Source: Octopus vulgaris
Taxonomy: Eukaryota
Direction: 5' to 3'
Assembly (NCBI GenBank): GCA_951406725.2
Contig: OX597839.1
Coordinates: 14,880,001-14,944,000, forward strand
DNA length: 64,000 bases
How positions within the stretch are numbered: position 1 is the first letter of the stretch; each line of letters starts with the position of its first letter. The translations under genes were made by a program, and so were the position numbers. A model generated the notes under the pieces. The model had not been told where the DNA came from. It was given only the letters and a program-made list of their open reading frames with translations, and did not search any database. This document shows, one piece after another, positions 13,324 to 24,990 of the stretch.

Positions 13324-13923
13324 TGTAACGTATATGTGTGAGTGTGAATATCTTCTCTTGTACTTTCGGGGTACAAGAAAGCAAATCACTAGCCGTTGCT
13401 TTAATAATCCAGAATTCTACTAGTCAGAAACAACAAGACGCAGACGTAAATAATATATATACTACTTTATTCTCTTTCTTGGTAACAGTAACAATAAGTG
13501 GCTATCTGATGTCCTTGGTTCTGGGCGCGCAAGGCTGAAAGTTAATGGATTGTAATATTTACAATGTTCAGCCGCTAAAAACAGAACGGGTTAAATATGG
13601 CGTCCGGAACAGGGAAGATGAATGTGGTCGGCAACAATTTGGTTAAAAGCTTTCGGCCGACTGCTATCAAAGCTGGACAGCGAGAATACACGTCCGTCTC
13701 CTTCGTCGCTGCCGTCCCAAGTCCCCGCTGCTGCTGCTAGCGGTCAAACGTTCTACCACCCCCTTGCCTTGGCTAACTACCACGTAGGCAAAAGGGTCGT
13801 GCTTCCGGTGGTTCGCGCATGCGCGAGAGGGCCCTTCCTCTCTCTTGGTGAAGGCACCAACACCACACGCGCGAAATACAAAATGGACGGTGCGCGCGCG
13901 CGCACCGTTATAGGATCACTACA
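13324..13923 (-). repeat. 5' LTR
   Basis: tgtaacg...ataggatcactaca; near-identical to 11180-11779 and adjacent to the PBS. Confidence 0.93.
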
Positions 13924-14029
13924 TATTCAAACAGTATTACAAATTTTTTGTCCTATAATAACCATTTACTTTTACTGAACGGTTTCTTGTTTAAGAACCT
14001 TCCAGGTGTGGAAAGGTGAATTGTAGTTA

Positions 14030-14620
14030 GACATGGCTCAAACGAAGAGCATAGTTTGGGTTTTCTTTTACTGAAGATCTGAAAACATCACATCTGATTA
14101 ACAACTCGTTTAGGCATTAAAAAAAAAACATGGAAAACTATGGATGTAAAAGAAAAAAATTTTTCCTATTTCAGCTGCACACCTCACAGAAAGCAAATTT
14201 TGGTAAATAGGCCCAAATAAAACGCAGACACAGGCTGCTCCTGCACAGATAAGGCCACACGTCTACTAAATGGTCAGTGTAGCATAAAACCGTCGTATGA
14301 GGCAAAAGTAGTATCAAAATATCCTATCGGTGACACAAGTACAGAGATAGGTGGATACAACGGAAGGACCTTTCAAGAACAAACTGAAGTCACAAGTCCT
14401 CTTTTAAAATATAGGAGAGATGTAACAATATTGGTGAAACATATTTGTCTACTGAAAGAAAGCGCTATATAACATCAACTGTTATAGTTGGAAACGTGCA
14501 GCTCTTACCGCAAAAGCAATGGGATGCAAATTTTGTTTAGCGGAGAAAATTAATTTAAAGTATTTCCTTCATGCAATGGTCTACCCGAACTCTAAAAGCG
14601 AATTTTCTTTCCCCTTATGG
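14030..14620 (+). mobile_element. Penelope-like element remnant (RT C-terminus plus GIY-YIG endonuclease)
   Basis: Frameshifted fragments LNGQC..YEAKV..TTEGPFK..HKSSF..KHI..LKE..GCKFCLAEK match the PLE GIY-YIG layout with terminal CxxC..EK. Confidence 0.6.
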
Positions 14621-15082
14621 CTGAAAATATATTTTGCCCGCTGGTTGGCTCCGTCCCAGAAGCAAGAACATTTTCTCTTTACACCCAGCGCTTATTTACG
14701 CATATAAACGCCCATGCATGCTTTGTAAAAATCCTCTTGATCTTTCTCCCCATCTATCTATCTATCTATCGCTTTCATCATTCCCCGTCACCCTTCCCCC
14801 CCCACACACACACACACATACTTCATTCCGCAGCCTTGTGCAAAAAATTTGGACAATGACTAGAGGAATCAATCTAAGGGATATAACTCATGGGCTTAAG
14901 GGCCTTGTGTTTTTCGGGTCCTTTTCACAGTATTTTTCATCCCTGAGCTTTCTTGTGGTTGTATTTTCAGATCAGTCAGAAATAGTCCAAGATGTATTCT
15001 TCCATTCAGTCATTTCTGATAAGTATTAATTTCCGAAACTAAATTTACAATACTATATAAAGCTATTATGCATCTATATTTA

Positions 15083-15149
<67 letters not shown>

Positions 15150-15155
15150 CAAAAA

Positions 15156-15193
15156 CTGTCTGATGAACGGCAACGAGAAACTCAGAGTAACAG
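15156..15193 (+). ncRNA. Minimal type I hammerhead ribozyme motif (Penelope-type)
   Basis: ctgt-CTGATGA-acggcaacga-GAAA-ctcagag-TA-acag: stem I ctgt/acag, stem II acg(gcaa)cga with one mismatch, short helix III, GTA cleavage triplet. Confidence 0.7.
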
Positions 15194-16639
15194 ATTTTGT
15201 TGAATTTTCTGCTGCTTTAAATAAAGTGTATATATATACCGGAGTAAACACATAAATGTGAAACAATGTGGAAAAAAGAGTACTCAAATACCAGTGGTAG
15301 AGTAATATGCTTTATAAAGTATATATATATAACATTTGACATATACAAGGGGAGTGAATTGGTAGAATCGATAATACATCAGGTAAAATGCATTGCAGTA
15401 TTTCTTGTGGATCTTCGCGCAATAAGTTCGAATTTCTCTATGATTAATTAACGAGGCCATTAAATTAAACACAGTCGTGTAGTGGGATCAACGGTATTGA
15501 TTAAGCCATTCCTTTGAATTTCTGGCTTGTGTCTAAATTAGAAACTATTAACACATATGCACACGTTAATATACTGTTCAACTCTCCTAAAAATGTGAAA
15601 CTAACTTGCCCTGTTAAGCGACGACTATGGAACACTATAATTTTATCGATAGAATTCACTAATCATACCACGTCCTCACCGTATTGTGTGGATCCAGTCG
15701 TACTATAAGAGGTAGTTCGTTCTTCGAAAAAATGAAAAAATAAATAAAAAGCCCTCTTACTGCAAATATATACGTTCCCTAAATATAATAGGCTTTTTAT
15801 ACGTGTATATAATAAATATTCATAATTTCTTCAGCAATTGAAATTCAAATGTTAAAAGTGAAGTAAAATAAGATTTGCTATTATGGCTGACACAAAAGGT
15901 GACGCAATAAATAGAAAACGAACATAGTCAAAACGAAAGAAAGACAAAAATGTCTGCATATATATATACTCCTCTTTCAAAATTATATATACATTTTAAA
16001 AAGTGTATGTATCTTCGCGCCAACACGCGCATGCGGGTGTGTGTTTGTGATGTTCGTATGCATTTTGCCGTGGTAACTGCCTAGAGAGTTTGCCAAAGGA
16101 TACTCTCAACCCTGCATAGTTTCCTTTAGTTCACCATTCACTTCAGAGTGTAGTGGGTGTGTTTTATCGTGACACCGACTCTGGTAAGGTACCCTTTCAT
16201 TTCCCTACGTTTGTTCACGCAAAATGTCGGAGAAGGGAAGCAGAAGAATTAATGCTGGTGGAAGAATCAGGATGAGGCTACGAAGGTTACAAGTGTATAG
16301 TGAAAGAAGCTGAGTATCTTGAGGTTTGAGGGAGAAGTGAAGTTGGATTATGTTAAGAGTAATAATTGCCAGTGCAGAAAGTGTTGCTGTGGTATATCGG
16401 CTACAGCCTTCCATAGTTAGGTCGACAAAGTAATACAGAAATTAAAAGAAAGTGTGAATGGGAAGAGGGTGAAAGATGGGAAAATGAATGATAGAAGAAT
16501 GGACGACAGAGAATTGAATGATAGGAAGGTAAGCAGGTAACAGATAGATTCAAATGAGCGCACGCGTACACACATTTTCATAAAATTTTTCGGTTTTCAC
16601 AACTTCGAACATTCTTGATGTCAGCTTGATTATGCTTGT

Positions 16640-16760
16640 GCGAGCTGGCAAATCTTCTCTCCTAATGATCATTACCACCGTGACACCCAACATCACAAGA
16701 TCAGTCTTCACCACTTCACTACGTTTTCCTCGTTTTTCGTCTTCCATCTATTTTAATTGC
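16640..16760 (-). mobile_element. Short RTE 3'-end fragment
   Basis: Minus strand MEDEKRGKRSEVVKTDLVMLGVT resembles 10020-10100 (gaagtggtgaagactga). Confidence 0.5.
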
Positions 16761-17304
16761 TCTGCAGTTCTTTGTATGGCTGATAAAGATACCTTTCTTA
16801 TTAATGATGCATACATTTTCTTTGCATTTACTGTGTTTATAAACAAGTTTGTAAATTATTATAGGTGGAAAATGTAGTCCTTTATTTGCTGACTTATATT
16901 TATCATAGAGTTTAGTTTTCTTAAAGGCTTATGCAAAAACAAAGATAAGTTTAGTTGAACAACTAAAATGCAATTATGCAGGTGATACATTTGTTCCTAA
17001 TTGTTTAATTTTTATTTTATAGAATTTATCTTAGTGATTTGGAAATAAACAGAAATAGTTCTGATACTAAAAACAACAATATTTTTTAGCTGTTACGTTA
17101 GAGAATAGAAAAATAACTAGTGTTTTTAATTTGAATATGGTGTAACCGAACTCTACATTTTAGATTACATCTTTTCTAGTCAGATAAAATACTGCGGGGT
17201 AATAATTAGTGTTTTGGCTTATTTATAGACAAAGTAAAATACATGATAGAGTGACTGATTAGGAAAGGATACAGTAATGATTTGCCAATTAGAAAACCTG
17301 AGTA

Positions 17305-17717
17305 CGAAACCGTTAATCGTTAATTAACGAAGTTGACATTTTCGTTAACGATTTAACTTTCAAGTTAACTTTGGAAATCATTATCGGATTAACTAACTTC
17401 CGTTAACTTAAGTTGCCGCGGCGATCTTTAGGCTCAAGGACTTTAAGTTCAAGGGCCTCGTTTACTGCAGCCCCTTGGTCGTCGTACTTTTCGCAGGCAT
17501 CGACAAAAGGTTTAGGACCCTCCTGGAGGATGAGAAATGCCAGCTAACTGCTGCCTTCCACCCCAGGTTTCGCCTCATCTGGTTGGATAAGTATAACAAC
17601 ATCAAGGTCTCCAAGGTGAGGAAAAGCATGGAAGTGTAAGGTCGAGACAGCAGTCTGACGAAGTGAGCAGCAACATTGGAGGCAGCAACAACGAAGAGGA
17701 GGATGACTTCTTCAGTG
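17305..17717 (+). mobile_element. Internally deleted hAT (Ac/ZBED-like) remnant
   Basis: Cluster of gttaac/ttaacg subterminal-type repeats (17308-17411), then LQPLVVVLFAGIDKRFRTLLEDEKCQLTAAFHPRFRLIWL (hAT A..xHPRF motif). Cut by a SINE. Confidence 0.6.
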
Positions 17718-17905
17718 GTGTTTGTCTCCCGCAACATCGCTTGACAACCGATGCTGGTACGCTTACGTCCCCGTAACTTAGCGGTTCGGCAAAAGATAAC
17801 GGTAGAATAAATACTAGGCTTAGAAAGAATAAGTCCTAGGGCCGATTTGCTCGACTAAAGGCGGTGCTCCAGCATGGCCGCAGTCAAATGACTAAAACAA
17901 GTTAA
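17718..17905 (+). mobile_element. SINE family A, 3' half
   Basis: caacatcgcttgacaaccgatgctgg...cccgtaacttagcggttcggc...ggcggtgctccagcatggccgcagtcaaatgac. Confidence 0.9.
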
Positions 17906-17919
17906 ATATATATATATAT

Positions 17920-18833
17920 ATGATGCGATTTTTTATACTTCTTTTATTTTTCAAAATTAAGATAAAGTTCTTGTTTCATCTAAAATATTTTCTCCCTTTT
18001 CTTCAATGCTTTTTCATCTATACAGTAGATTTGCAAGGCCCTTCTTCCTAAATTCACTTGTCCGTGACGGAAGATACTCCTCCATTACTATTCTGACCTC
18101 ATCTACAGAATTCATATTTTTTCCGTTCAAATGATTTTGAAGACTGTGAAATAAATGATAATCAGATGAGGCAATGTCTGGCGAATATGGTGGGTGGGAT
18201 ATCATTTCTCATTCAAACTGCTCCAGCCTTTGGAAAGTCATCCTCGCTGTGTGCGACCGAGCATTATCCTGCAGGAAGAACAACTTTCGTCTTGAAATCG
18301 AAGATGGACATTTTCCGATGGTACACAGATGTCGATGAATAATTGAATGACCAAATCAAAGCTTCTTTGCTAGTTTCTCAACAGTTACGATGGGATTTTG
18401 TTCCACCGGGATTTGGAGAACGTCCACTTCGAGATTTTCAAGAATGACGCTTGTCTTCTAGGCTGTAGTTTCCGACTCGGAATTTCTGGAACCACCGTTG
18501 ACATTAGCTTACGCTTATTTCTGACACCCATACACTGCATCAATATTTCTCGCACTTTCCGTTGCGTTGTTGCCTTTATTGAACTCATAAAGCAATATAT
18601 GCTGAATATGCTCCTTTGTCACTTCCATTCTAAATTTGGAAAAATAACTGAAAATCGAACTGCACTCTTCGAAACTTGCGCTAAGAATAAGGTGATGTTT
18701 TTATTTCCCACAAGGAGACAACATAGAAAGAGACAACACAATCTGATTTGGGGTCAGATGAACGAATGGTTAATACATAAATATGAAGTTAAAAATTCAC
18801 AAAATAAGAAAAGAATATAAAGAAATCGAATGA
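17920..18833 (-). mobile_element. Mariner element, internally deleted and degenerate
   Basis: HPPYSPDIASSDYHLFHSLQNHL, QDNARSH upstream and N-terminal HTH fragments. Degenerate TIR remnants (gatgcgattttttata / tataaagaaatcgaatga). Confidence 0.88.
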
Positions 18834-18834
18834 T

Positions 18835-20112
18835 AGGACAGACCGGATGACATTACGGATGGAGTGGAGAGGCAGGTTTCATTCGGACCCCACGAGCCCC
18901 GCCTCGCCACTTATACCTGAGATACGGCCTGCGTTGCATTCATGAGGTTACATTGACACGCAAAATCCATGCTACATTCTTCCATCGATTTTCAAACATT
19001 TTCACAGCTAGGCATTTTCTCTCTAGCCCTCATTTCCTTTAAGGTGAAAGGTGAAGTAATTCACCTATTCAGGGCCAGAGATGAAGGTGCCAGACTTTAA
19101 CTCTTTCAGCATTGTCTTCCAAATCACCTCTCTCGCAATTGCTACTACAATGAGAAAACAATTCTTACCTTCTTTCGAAAGGAAATCAGGCGGGTCAATT
19201 TTTAGTATAGACTCAGTCGAGAGCTGTACTCTTCCTGCACTTGACAACAGTTGTTCAGCATAAACCCACAAGTCCGACACTTCTGAACAATAGCGTGCGG
19301 GACGGTTTCCCTATCCCGCTCACATCTTGGAGAAGTCTAAGGGCCGCGGCCAGCATGCCTTGTGAGCTTGCCCCGAACAGGTAAGGCTCCTCGGTAACAC
19401 TGTCATGCCAGAGACTTCTGAAAGTTGTCCAAGGTCTTTGGCCCGAATGTATATCGGAACAGACTAGCTAGTTGATTATCGTCGAGACCTAGGGCTTCCC
19501 CTAAGGTATCGTCACATTCCGCTTCTACAAGCCCTCTATAAAAGAATGCGGTGGAACCTCCACCGCAGGGATTGCCCGAGCGACGGAATAGCAGGAGAGC
19601 CTTGCGACACTCCGTAAATCATGTATCCAACTTCGATCTTCGATAGAACCAGGTTTCTCGTCCACCGAAACTAGTGAACTTGGGAAACATCCGTTTCGCC
19701 AGCAGAGACCACACCCGTTCACCATCCAGGTAGAGCCACAGTTACCTCAATCTCAGCGCATGTCTACGTATCAATAACCAAGGCATCCCTAGCCCACCCT
19801 TTAACGGTTGTTGGCAGCAAGTAGAGCGTCTCAAAAGCGGTTTCTAGCCTTTCCACAAAAAGTGGAAGAACTGGTTTTCTAGCTTGATCAACCACGAATC
19901 AGGGTAAGGAACGACGGTTAGGCGGTAGGTAATGACCGATGCCATGGACACATTGGCTACCTCCGCCCTCATTTTCAGGGATAGCCACCGCCAAGACTAG
20001 GTCTTAGCTATGTGGGTCACCCTGATCGATACCTCGTCCCAGTTCTTCTCTATTTGGAGGTCCGGTCCGAACCAAACTCCTAGCAACTTAATCGGACCCT
20101 CCGTCCAACATC
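18835..20112 (-). mobile_element. Tx1-clade LINE, 3' portion of ORF2 plus 3' UTR
   Basis: GPIKLLGVWFG, WDEV, GGLGMP..IRRH, ALPVR..L..H, and LWVYAEQLL...FLIVVAIAREVIWK (L1/Tx1 C-terminal region). Confidence 0.8.
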
Positions 20113-21916
20113 CTTTTACGAATCCATTAGACACTGTTGTTTTTATTTCAGTGTAATAATGGCTCATATCCTGTCATATTGGATGAGAGTAATGCTCCAA
20201 TTTAGATTTGTAGCAACGGAGATACACAAGAAACCTCGCATCAAATATAGCAAAACAGTAGAATCAGAGGACTGTAGTAATGTTCTGGATCTGCAAAAAG
20301 TAGTGGGCTTATGACAACGGATGGAAGAATGGAAATGTAACATTGAAGACAGAATGGTTGTAGAAGGATGGAAGCTGTACGATATGGAAATATTGTGAGA
20401 TTAAAGTTAGTAACAAGACCCAAGGCAATATCTATGAAAAACGAAGTCATGTGAATAACCCTAACAAGATAGAGATGGAGGAGAAAGTGAATAATTGAGT
20501 GTGCGAAAAAATGTGCAGAGCAGGGGCTCGTGGATAGGTATTGAAAAGGTTGAGAGTAATGAAAACATTAAAATACAAATTTAAAGAATATATGTTGAAA
20601 AATTACAAGCTGTCGGATCTATATTAAAGTGTTACATTAAATTTAATCTCTAAAAAATTATATACGTATCATGATTTTAATTTTCAGAATTGCTAAAATT
20701 TATCCGAATTTCCGTAAGAATTCAATTAGTTTATATTCCGGAAATAATAGCCGTACTTTAAAAGTTATATCAGTGCGGAATTTTGTAACGAGTTATCGTG
20801 ACGCAGGGTATACCTGTATGATTTGTCGTTTTCCTTTGGAATATTGTCAACGGAATTGACATCTTCGTTTCGCGTTGTCCCTTAACTTGTTCGTTAAAAA
20901 ATGCGCCCTATTTTAAAAGTCTGCCTTTGGTAGTACTTCTCGTAATTAACTGCTTACACTACTGTACAAATTAGTTCTTTGAGGACTTTTATGTGGCGAA
21001 GAAAATCAGCTGAAGTGGTGAGAAATTGAAAGTGCCTGTGATGAAGTCTTTGAAATGAACTTTCAAGAGGGTGTCAGTAAATTATGTATGTCCGGCAAAC
21101 ATTTCATTAACAAGCAAGCGTTCCAACCTGAAATCATGATGCTGAGCTGATACTTTTGACGTCAGTAATAATCGTATCTAACGTGACCTTCTGGACTTTC
21201 TCTTTTGTTTATTGTTACAGTGCCTTATACTGTCGAGTGGTAGAGATAAAAGAAAACTGGAAGTATCATATTTTCCAATTAAATTGGTTTGCCTCCCACT
21301 GTTTTCCCTTTTTGAAATGCAATTTTGCTTTTTCTTTCTCCGCCCCTCTCGCTTTAAACTTTTTTTCTTCTTTCTCTCTCTTGCTCGCTCGTGCGCGCTC
21401 TTAGCTTCATTGAATCCTATTGATGATGAATAATAAAATTAAGGTGGTAATATGGAAAAAAATCTTGGTGCTTTCTACACAAAGAACATACACGTCCGGT
21501 GTAGTGCATTTAAAGTAACGAAACTCCTCTTAAAATTAACAAAATGACATCTATAATGGAAAGAAAGTTATTAATGTTAATGATATATTCTTTATCAAGA
21601 AAGGTAAGGAAAACAATTCAGAAATTAAAATTGATTGGAGGCATAAACTGAGGAGTCTGTTTTGGAGATGAAATTTCAAATTTAAATGGAATTGTTTTGA
21701 CAAACCAAAATTGGAAGTGGGTTAGACTAAACGAAGTGGAAGACGCACTAAAACTGGAGATAAGTCAGAGGAAGGATCTAAGAAAGAGTTGAACGGTTCC
21801 TTCACGTAAAAGCTTGTAAACTCGGCACAAGTTGGAACGATACTTCGCCGATTTAATTTTTAAGCAAGTTTTAAGACCTGAATATTGTAGATTCTTCTCT
21901 CTTATGTACTATAATA

Positions 21917-22132
21917 CTGGTTTCAATTTTTGGCACAAGTTCAGCAATTTCTGTGGAGTGGATAAGTCGATTACAACGATCTCAGTGCTCGACTGGTATT
22001 CATTTTATTGAGCTCGAAAGGATGAAAGGCAAACTCGACCCCGGCAGCGTTTGAACTCAGAACGTAAAATTGGAAGAAATGCGCTAAGCACTTTGTCCGA
22101 CGCAGTAAAAATTCTGCCAGCTCGCTGCCGCC
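21917..22132 (-). mobile_element. SINE family B, full length
   Basis: Minus strand ggcggcagcgagctggcagaa...tgcttagcg...gttctgagttcaaa (A/B-box-like)...tttgcctttcatccttt...cttgtgccaaaaattgaaac. Confidence 0.85.
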
Positions 22133-22429
22133 TTCTGTGCTATAATATTGCATTCCGTTTCACATAAAATTTCTGATTCCACAATAGTGCTTGTATTAGG
22201 GCTTAAGACTAATCAAATTATATAATCTATTGATAAGGGTTTGCAATTTTTTAAACTGGTTATTAACTGACAAATGGAACTTTTAGCAATGCTAAGATTT
22301 AAATGATGATGAATTTTAAAAAAAAAAAACCTTCTGCGCTAAATTTATTCAATACAAAAAATATTCGTCTTTTTTTATAAACATACGATTATAGAAAAAT
22401 ATTAAAAAAAACATAGAATAGAGAAAACC

Positions 22430-24126
22430 CTATCTTGTTTTTCAAGTAACAGAGTCTGAAGATGGAGTATATCAATAAATTGACTGAGACAACAATTAAA
22501 AGCTCACTGCTTGTAACTTCATTTCTAAGACAATCAGCAGATGATGGAGTAGTGTCCAGGTCTGTAATCCAAATCACAACCGAAACAAAATATAGCCACA
22601 ACTACAAATAAAACTGATTCCTGGTAAAAATATCACGCGAACAAGAAGAACAATACTTGAATGCTTCTGTTTTGGCACCACTTGACACTGGAATTATTGA
22701 TAAAACCAATTCTGACACAATGCAATATTTCCTTCAAATTGTTTTTGACATCTCAAATAATATTCTTAAATTGCTGACAATCGTTGACAAATGTTTCCAA
22801 TGGTGAAATTTGTTCAAGAGAGTGGATATATTGGTGTGTTCAAAAGCAGTCTTTGTATTATTCACTTTGCGTCGTTTTCAATGTAACTAGTACATCAATA
22901 ATCCTTGATCGTTTCGGATGGCCCATTAGTTGATAAAATTTTTATTATAGGCACGAAGGCCCGAATTGAGAGGGGACATTACAACAGACATGGGGTACAT
23001 ATAACAACAAAAAATCGAAAAATATGAAATGAAAATGAATTATTTATAATGAATTAAATGGAATGGCTTACGAGCCCCCCAAAACTCGCAGTTTCATTTA
23101 AAATACAGTTCTGCTATACTGGTTGTTCATCTGTCATATATTCTAGTAACCTCTCCTGATCCACAATAGCTGATAAAGTGTCATAACGTACATATAACCA
23201 TTCACATATACTATAATCATATCTCAATTTCTCCACTGTCTCTTTCTCCACGATTACCGCCTTCCACTGGTCATCATATATTTCTGGGTTCAACTTTACT
23301 CTAATTAAACCTTTCCTACCTGCCAACATCTTTTCCGTATTTTTGTCCTTGAAGTATAACATTACCACTTTGTGTTTCTTTCCCTTGGGTCTTCCTCCTC
23401 TCTTACAAACTTTCAACCGCTCTTCCACTCTTCTTTCCCATTCTTCTTCTGCTGTTAATTTTGCCGGTTCACTTGCTTTCGCTTCTGCATCATTCTCTTC
23501 GCACGTTCTATCTTCCATTTCGTCTGTTGTCTTCCTTTTGTTTTGTTTTTTTAACTTTAGGTGGTGATTCCACCCTCGTTCTCTTTCTAAAACTGAAAGA
23601 TCGAATACCGTCACATGAAAATTCATTACTGCACAAAGGAAAATGGAAATTAGTCGCTAAGGTAGATCGTTGGAAGATCAAATGATAATTTTATATTAAC
23701 TGAGCTAAATACAGAAGCGAGTAACCGGAGACATGATTATTGAATATTACCTTACTTCTTAGTGCAGATAAATCTTTTTTTTTTTTTCAGCCAATGTTCG
23801 GTGACGTTGAGTGGAATTTTTTTTTTTTTTTTTTTTTTTTTTGCAACATTTACCTTCTCGACAAATATGACGCACTTTGAGATGCAAAACATCTCAAACA
23901 TGCGAGAATGACAAGAGAGTCTCTAAACGTTCGGTGAAGTACTTGCTGAAGAGAAAGCCATTGATGAGATTTTAAATGCCAAATATTCAACCGTTGTGAT
24001 GCCACACAAGTAGCAAACTACTTAAATTATTCAGCATATAAAATTTGTAAATAATTCAAGATATTCATGTGAGGAAGATTCAGCTTGATAGTTTGATTTT
24101 AAAAAGTAGTGGGGAAGAATTCCACC

Positions 24127-24164
<38 letters not shown>

Positions 24165-24990
24165 GAAGGTTTAATTTCGATATTCAAGTTTGTATTGGTC
24201 AAGCTCAGAATAATAGATCGAATGTACACGAAAGCTTAATGGAATACAAGCAGTCCCTCGGGGGCTTAATTCAAGCTGCATTTGTTCCAGCTGTGGAAAT
24301 CATACACTAAACCTCGTTGGTGTTGACAGCGATTAGTCATTTAATGGAGCAGTTATTTACTGTGCAACAATTCAAGTGTACATGTTAGCATTTGTCTACA
24401 AAGTTTGAAAATTCTAAAGCAACATCCGCTATATGTTTTCTTCTTGCATCAAATATCCAAGAATAGATGGGCTGCATGTATCAACAGTGTAAAACTAATG
24501 CATAACATTCTATGGAAAAAAAGGTAAGTTTGGACATTTAAATATTACAATATAAATTCAAACTGAACTAAATAGCACTCTTAAGTACGTCTCCATTTCA
24601 ATTTATGCCGATGTCATCTTTATCGTTAAAGATATTGGAAATATCAAGTATATCTGATAATTAAAGTATGTCTGATAATTAAAGTAGATGATTATACACT
24701 TGATAATGAGAAGGATAACATTGACAATCTGGTGAATGTCATTCGACAAATTTGAGAACACCGGATTTCAACCCTAATGGATTCTAAACTATTAGCAGGG
24801 AACATGGACGTTTCATCTAAATCCTCTCGGGATGAAGCCAAGCAGCGTTAGAGCCAGCGTCCACTTTGTTATCAAATGATTCTATTTATTGTGATCTGGA
24901 GCAAAGATTCGATTCACTGCATTTTATTTATTCTCAATTTGCATTACTTTTAGCAGTTCAAAAATTTGTCATTTATTTGATCGAATAACT
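22430..24990 (+). mobile_element. Degenerate hAT transposase (Tip100/ZMYM1-like), interrupted by an ORF1-only retroelement and a (TTA)n tract
   Basis: NGEICSREWIYWC..QSLYYSLC (TTF zinc-finger-like); KLKDRIPSHENSLLH after the insertion; IDEILNAKY; CIGQA..N.SN...LNGIQAV....SCGNHTLNLVGVDS (CxxH motif). Boundaries approximate. Confidence 0.7.
22939..23587 (-). mobile_element. 5'-truncated ORF1-only Tx1-related retroelement
   Basis: Open frame to a stop at 23114 (K/E-rich linker plus ~85-aa domain), then a ~175-nt UTR ending tgtaatgtcccctctcaattcgggccttcgtgcctataataaaaa, like the tail at 61895-61938. Possible TSD taaaa at 22934-22938 and 23588-23592. Confidence 0.65.

Larger units (their letters stand above)
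11180..13923 (-). mobile_element. Complete non-autonomous LTR retrotransposon (Gypsy-like), 2744 bp
   Basis: Two 600-bp near-identical direct repeats, both TG...CA. TATT TSD at 11176-11179 and 13924-13927. PBS and PPT place it on the minus strand. No gag/pol recognisable in the 1.54-kb interior. Confidence 0.93.

Noticed and set aside
11402-13978. Duplicated 114/118-aa ORFs (MWSATIWLK...) that look like a gene pair
   Set aside because: They lie within the two LTRs, antisense to the element, and diverge exactly at the LTR end.
23588-23626. Start codon and N-terminus (MNFHVTVFDLSVL) of ORF 23114-23626
   Set aside because: Comes from the antisense strand of the flanking hAT across the insertion junction; not a genuine start.
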